Positions 61,838 through 64,000 of a stretch of DNA of 64,000 bases are shown piece by piece. The DNA is from Amoebophrya sp. A120. Lineage: Eukaryota; Protista; Dinoflagellata. Every line of letters starts with the position of its first letter. The first letter of the stretch is position 1. The position numbers were made by a program, and so were the translations under genes. The DNA lies in assembly GCA_905178155.1 (NCBI GenBank), contig CAJINV010000001.1, positions 7,137,794-7,201,793 of the forward strand. Reading direction: 5' to 3'. Under the pieces are notes generated by a model. That model did no database searches and was not told the DNA's origin. It saw only the letters and a program-made list of their open reading frames with translations.

Positions 61838-62159
61838 TATCACGGAACAGGACATGGGCCCCCACTGTCCCCCCCCCTGCGAAAAGCAGGCCAAACCCCC
61901 TCCCCCGCACACACGCAGGCGTGTTTCTGTTGTTTTCATTTGTCCAGCCCTGTATTGTTTGGCAGAACTTTTTGTCCGCAGCCCCAACCCCCTTGGGCAG
62001 GGTCCGGGCATTTCAGTTGTTCCGAGCTGTAAAAAGTTGGAAAGCCCTGTAGCAGGGAAAACTCTCGAAAACTGAAAAAGAGTACTCGGCCCAGCCTGCT
62101 TTTCGCACGCACCACGGCCGGAGGTTGGCCGGGGCGGGCCCATGTTTTGCGCCCCCATC
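61838..62159. mobile_element. Introner-like TIR element, family D (~322 bp, degenerate ends)
   Basis: Inverted pairs ACATGGGCCC/GGGCCCATGT and TGCGAAAAGCAGGC/GCCTGCTTTTCGCA. Starts TAT; TTGG lies on both flanks. It interrupts coding-like sequence. Confidence 0.65.
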
Positions 62160-62275
62160 CTTGGACGAATTTGTCCGGCCCACGTACGGCCTTAATGGGA
62201 TCGGGTCGAAGTTCGAGGACGGCATCCCGCAAGGGGAGGACGAGTGGGACGCTGATGCGGCAGCGCTTGACGCCG

Positions 62276-62327
62276 ATGCACCTGTGTGCTCGTGCGGCAT
62301 CTGAATGTAGAAAAGATCTGCGTAATT
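62276..62327 (+). repeat. Junction motif copy 4
   Basis: Identical core at 62276-62317 plus CTGCGTAATT. Confidence 0.95.
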
Positions 62328-62941
62328 CTGCGGCAAAAAGAAGCAGCACATCATACACAGAAACTGTGAGAAGTGTGAGCAGTGTACAGCCGCAGACATT
62401 GTTCGAAAGATTTTCATGCTGCTTGCTATCACAATGAATAGGAGTAGAAACGCGTGCGATGATGTCTACTTGGTTCTGACGACAGCGAAGATCCGATATT
62501 TGAACTTTCGCGAACCATTGTGACCGATCTTGTTCTCAATTAAAACGCGCTTTTGCTCTGAGAATTTGAAGAAAGTCGTTTTTGGCAGGCCCCCGGTTCC
62601 CGTTTCTAATTCTATTCGTAGATTTTACGATCTTTGCTAGACTGCTTCTCAATTTCAGTTCGCTGATTCTTATTCTATGAAATAATTTTCTGGTATTCCG
62701 CAGCGGCCCCGCTAGTGATGAATTTTCAGTAGGTCATATTTCGAATAGTTTACTGCTAAGAATAAAACGACGCATTCATCATCATCTGCTCAACGTGCTG
62801 CTTGGATTGAAGTTTTCACATTTCTCCATCTTCTAAGCTTGTTTAGAAGTTTCTAACTTTAGAAGTTTTCTTAGAGACAAGACAGGACTGTATCGCAGCT
62901 TGTCTTTCTTTAGGTTCTGCCCCCCGAAAAAACGACAAAAA

Positions 62942-64000
62942 ATGACAACGCTAACAGCAACAGTCACTCGCGATCTCGCGATGTACCAAACAAGGGACCT
63001 GGCACCACAGGTAGAAGACCAGCGTGGATTTCTTTCGCAAAAATTATCCGGATAACTTTTTATTGTGGCTGGAGGTTCTTATACATTGGATCTAGATGAG
63101 ATGCATGATGATGCGGCGATTGATAGCTTCCTTCGCTCTGAAGATGTAGACCACATGCCAAGAACCAGCAAAATGAAATTCTCAAAGGAAATTTTTCTCA
63201 GGTGCACATGATTCTGTCGATTTTGCCGCAGTGCAGCGAGGACATGGCGTGTGAGGCGTTGATTCAGTCCGGGGAGGATGTGGAGCGAGCCATGGAGTTG
63301 CTGCTAAGCAAAATCGCGGAGCGGGACAGTCCGAAGGCGCGGGCCCAGAAGGCGGCAAGTTTCCACGAGGATTTTACCTCGGACGACCAGGCGTTCCAGA
63401 CACAGGGGGCCAACGGCCACGCGAAGACCGCGGTGCCAAGCGCCGCCACAGCCGGCGGATACGGGGACAACTACGGCGGAAAGCAGACCATGCAGCAAAC
63501 GTATTTTTCCGGCAGCTCCGCAGCGCAAAAAACGACCGCCCCAGCGGCTGTTTACGAACAGCAGCAGCAGCAGCAGATGAAACAACCGGTGGAACAACAA
63601 CAGGTTGTCACCAGCGAGCCCGTCGCACCGGCGGCAGCCGCGGTCGCACCACAGCCGGTGCCAGAACCCGTCGCGCCCGCAGTGGTGGAAGAGGTCTACG
63701 ACCCGCAACCCGTGGTCCCAGAATTCGCGTACAGAGTTTCATACTGTTTCAAGAAAGTACTGTCGTCTCACACGATGTTTTTGACATGATCTGATGTTGA
63801 GAGTCTGAGCGCATGAACGCCCGTGCGTCTCCAACATGTTGTGCTGCGTTTGCATGTACTTACTTACTTTGAAATAGTACTTGAAAATGGAAAAGTTTTC
63901 CTTGTGGGTCATGACGTGCGACTAGAGGTGATGCATGTCGTTTCTTCTTCTAAACAGGTACTTCTTGCAGCAAGTCCAGTTAGACCGCGCCCCATCCCGA
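62942..64000 (+). CDS. CUE/UBA-like domain protein, 5' part (runs off window)
   Basis: Exon 62942-63010, GT-AG intron, then exon from 63202: ILSILPQCSEDMACEALIQSGEDVERAMELLL followed by a Gln/Pro/Ala-rich region. Confidence 0.6.

Noticed and set aside
57474-62327. CRISPR array interpretation of the 42-bp repeats
   Set aside because: Inter-repeat distances are 1.4-1.9 kb, repeat ends are ragged, the context is eukaryotic and no cas-like ORFs are present.
1-64000. tRNA, rRNA or spliced-leader genes
   Set aside because: None recognised by eye; a covariance-model scan would be needed to exclude them.

Overview
Eukaryotic, intron-rich, gene-dense genomic DNA. About 15 protein-coding genes all lie on the + strand: a giant secreted/membrane protein, a split GH5 glycoside hydrolase, RBM39-like, BspA/DUF285, SET, RMC1/Mic1, a ~3,000-aa TSP1/PAN/EGF-like adhesin, two unknown paralogues, a CUE-family protein, CFAP58, an RFC small subunit, a BT1 transporter fragment and a UBA/CUE protein. 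The unidirectional gene order and non-canonical introns point to a dinoflagellate-lineage alveolate, most plausibly the parasite Amoebophrya (inference). The dominant signal is about 13 MITE-like elements of 200-340 bp, from several families, inside exons, including exons of conserved genes (RFC Walker A, CFAP58). The clear copies share TAY...ATA ends and 5-bp target-site duplications and have no GT-AG register. Removing the element plus one duplication copy restores the reading frame, so they behave as non-canonical 'introner' introns. Introners are already described in Amoebophrya. This window adds shared termini across families, insertion in both orientations, a splice point mapped inside the duplication, and a chimeric element. 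At 57.5-62.3 kb an identical 42-bp core recurs four times; three copies join unrelated gene, LINE, introner and transposase-like fragments. This is either a real junction element or an assembly artefact. All exon structures were derived by eye, with no database searches.
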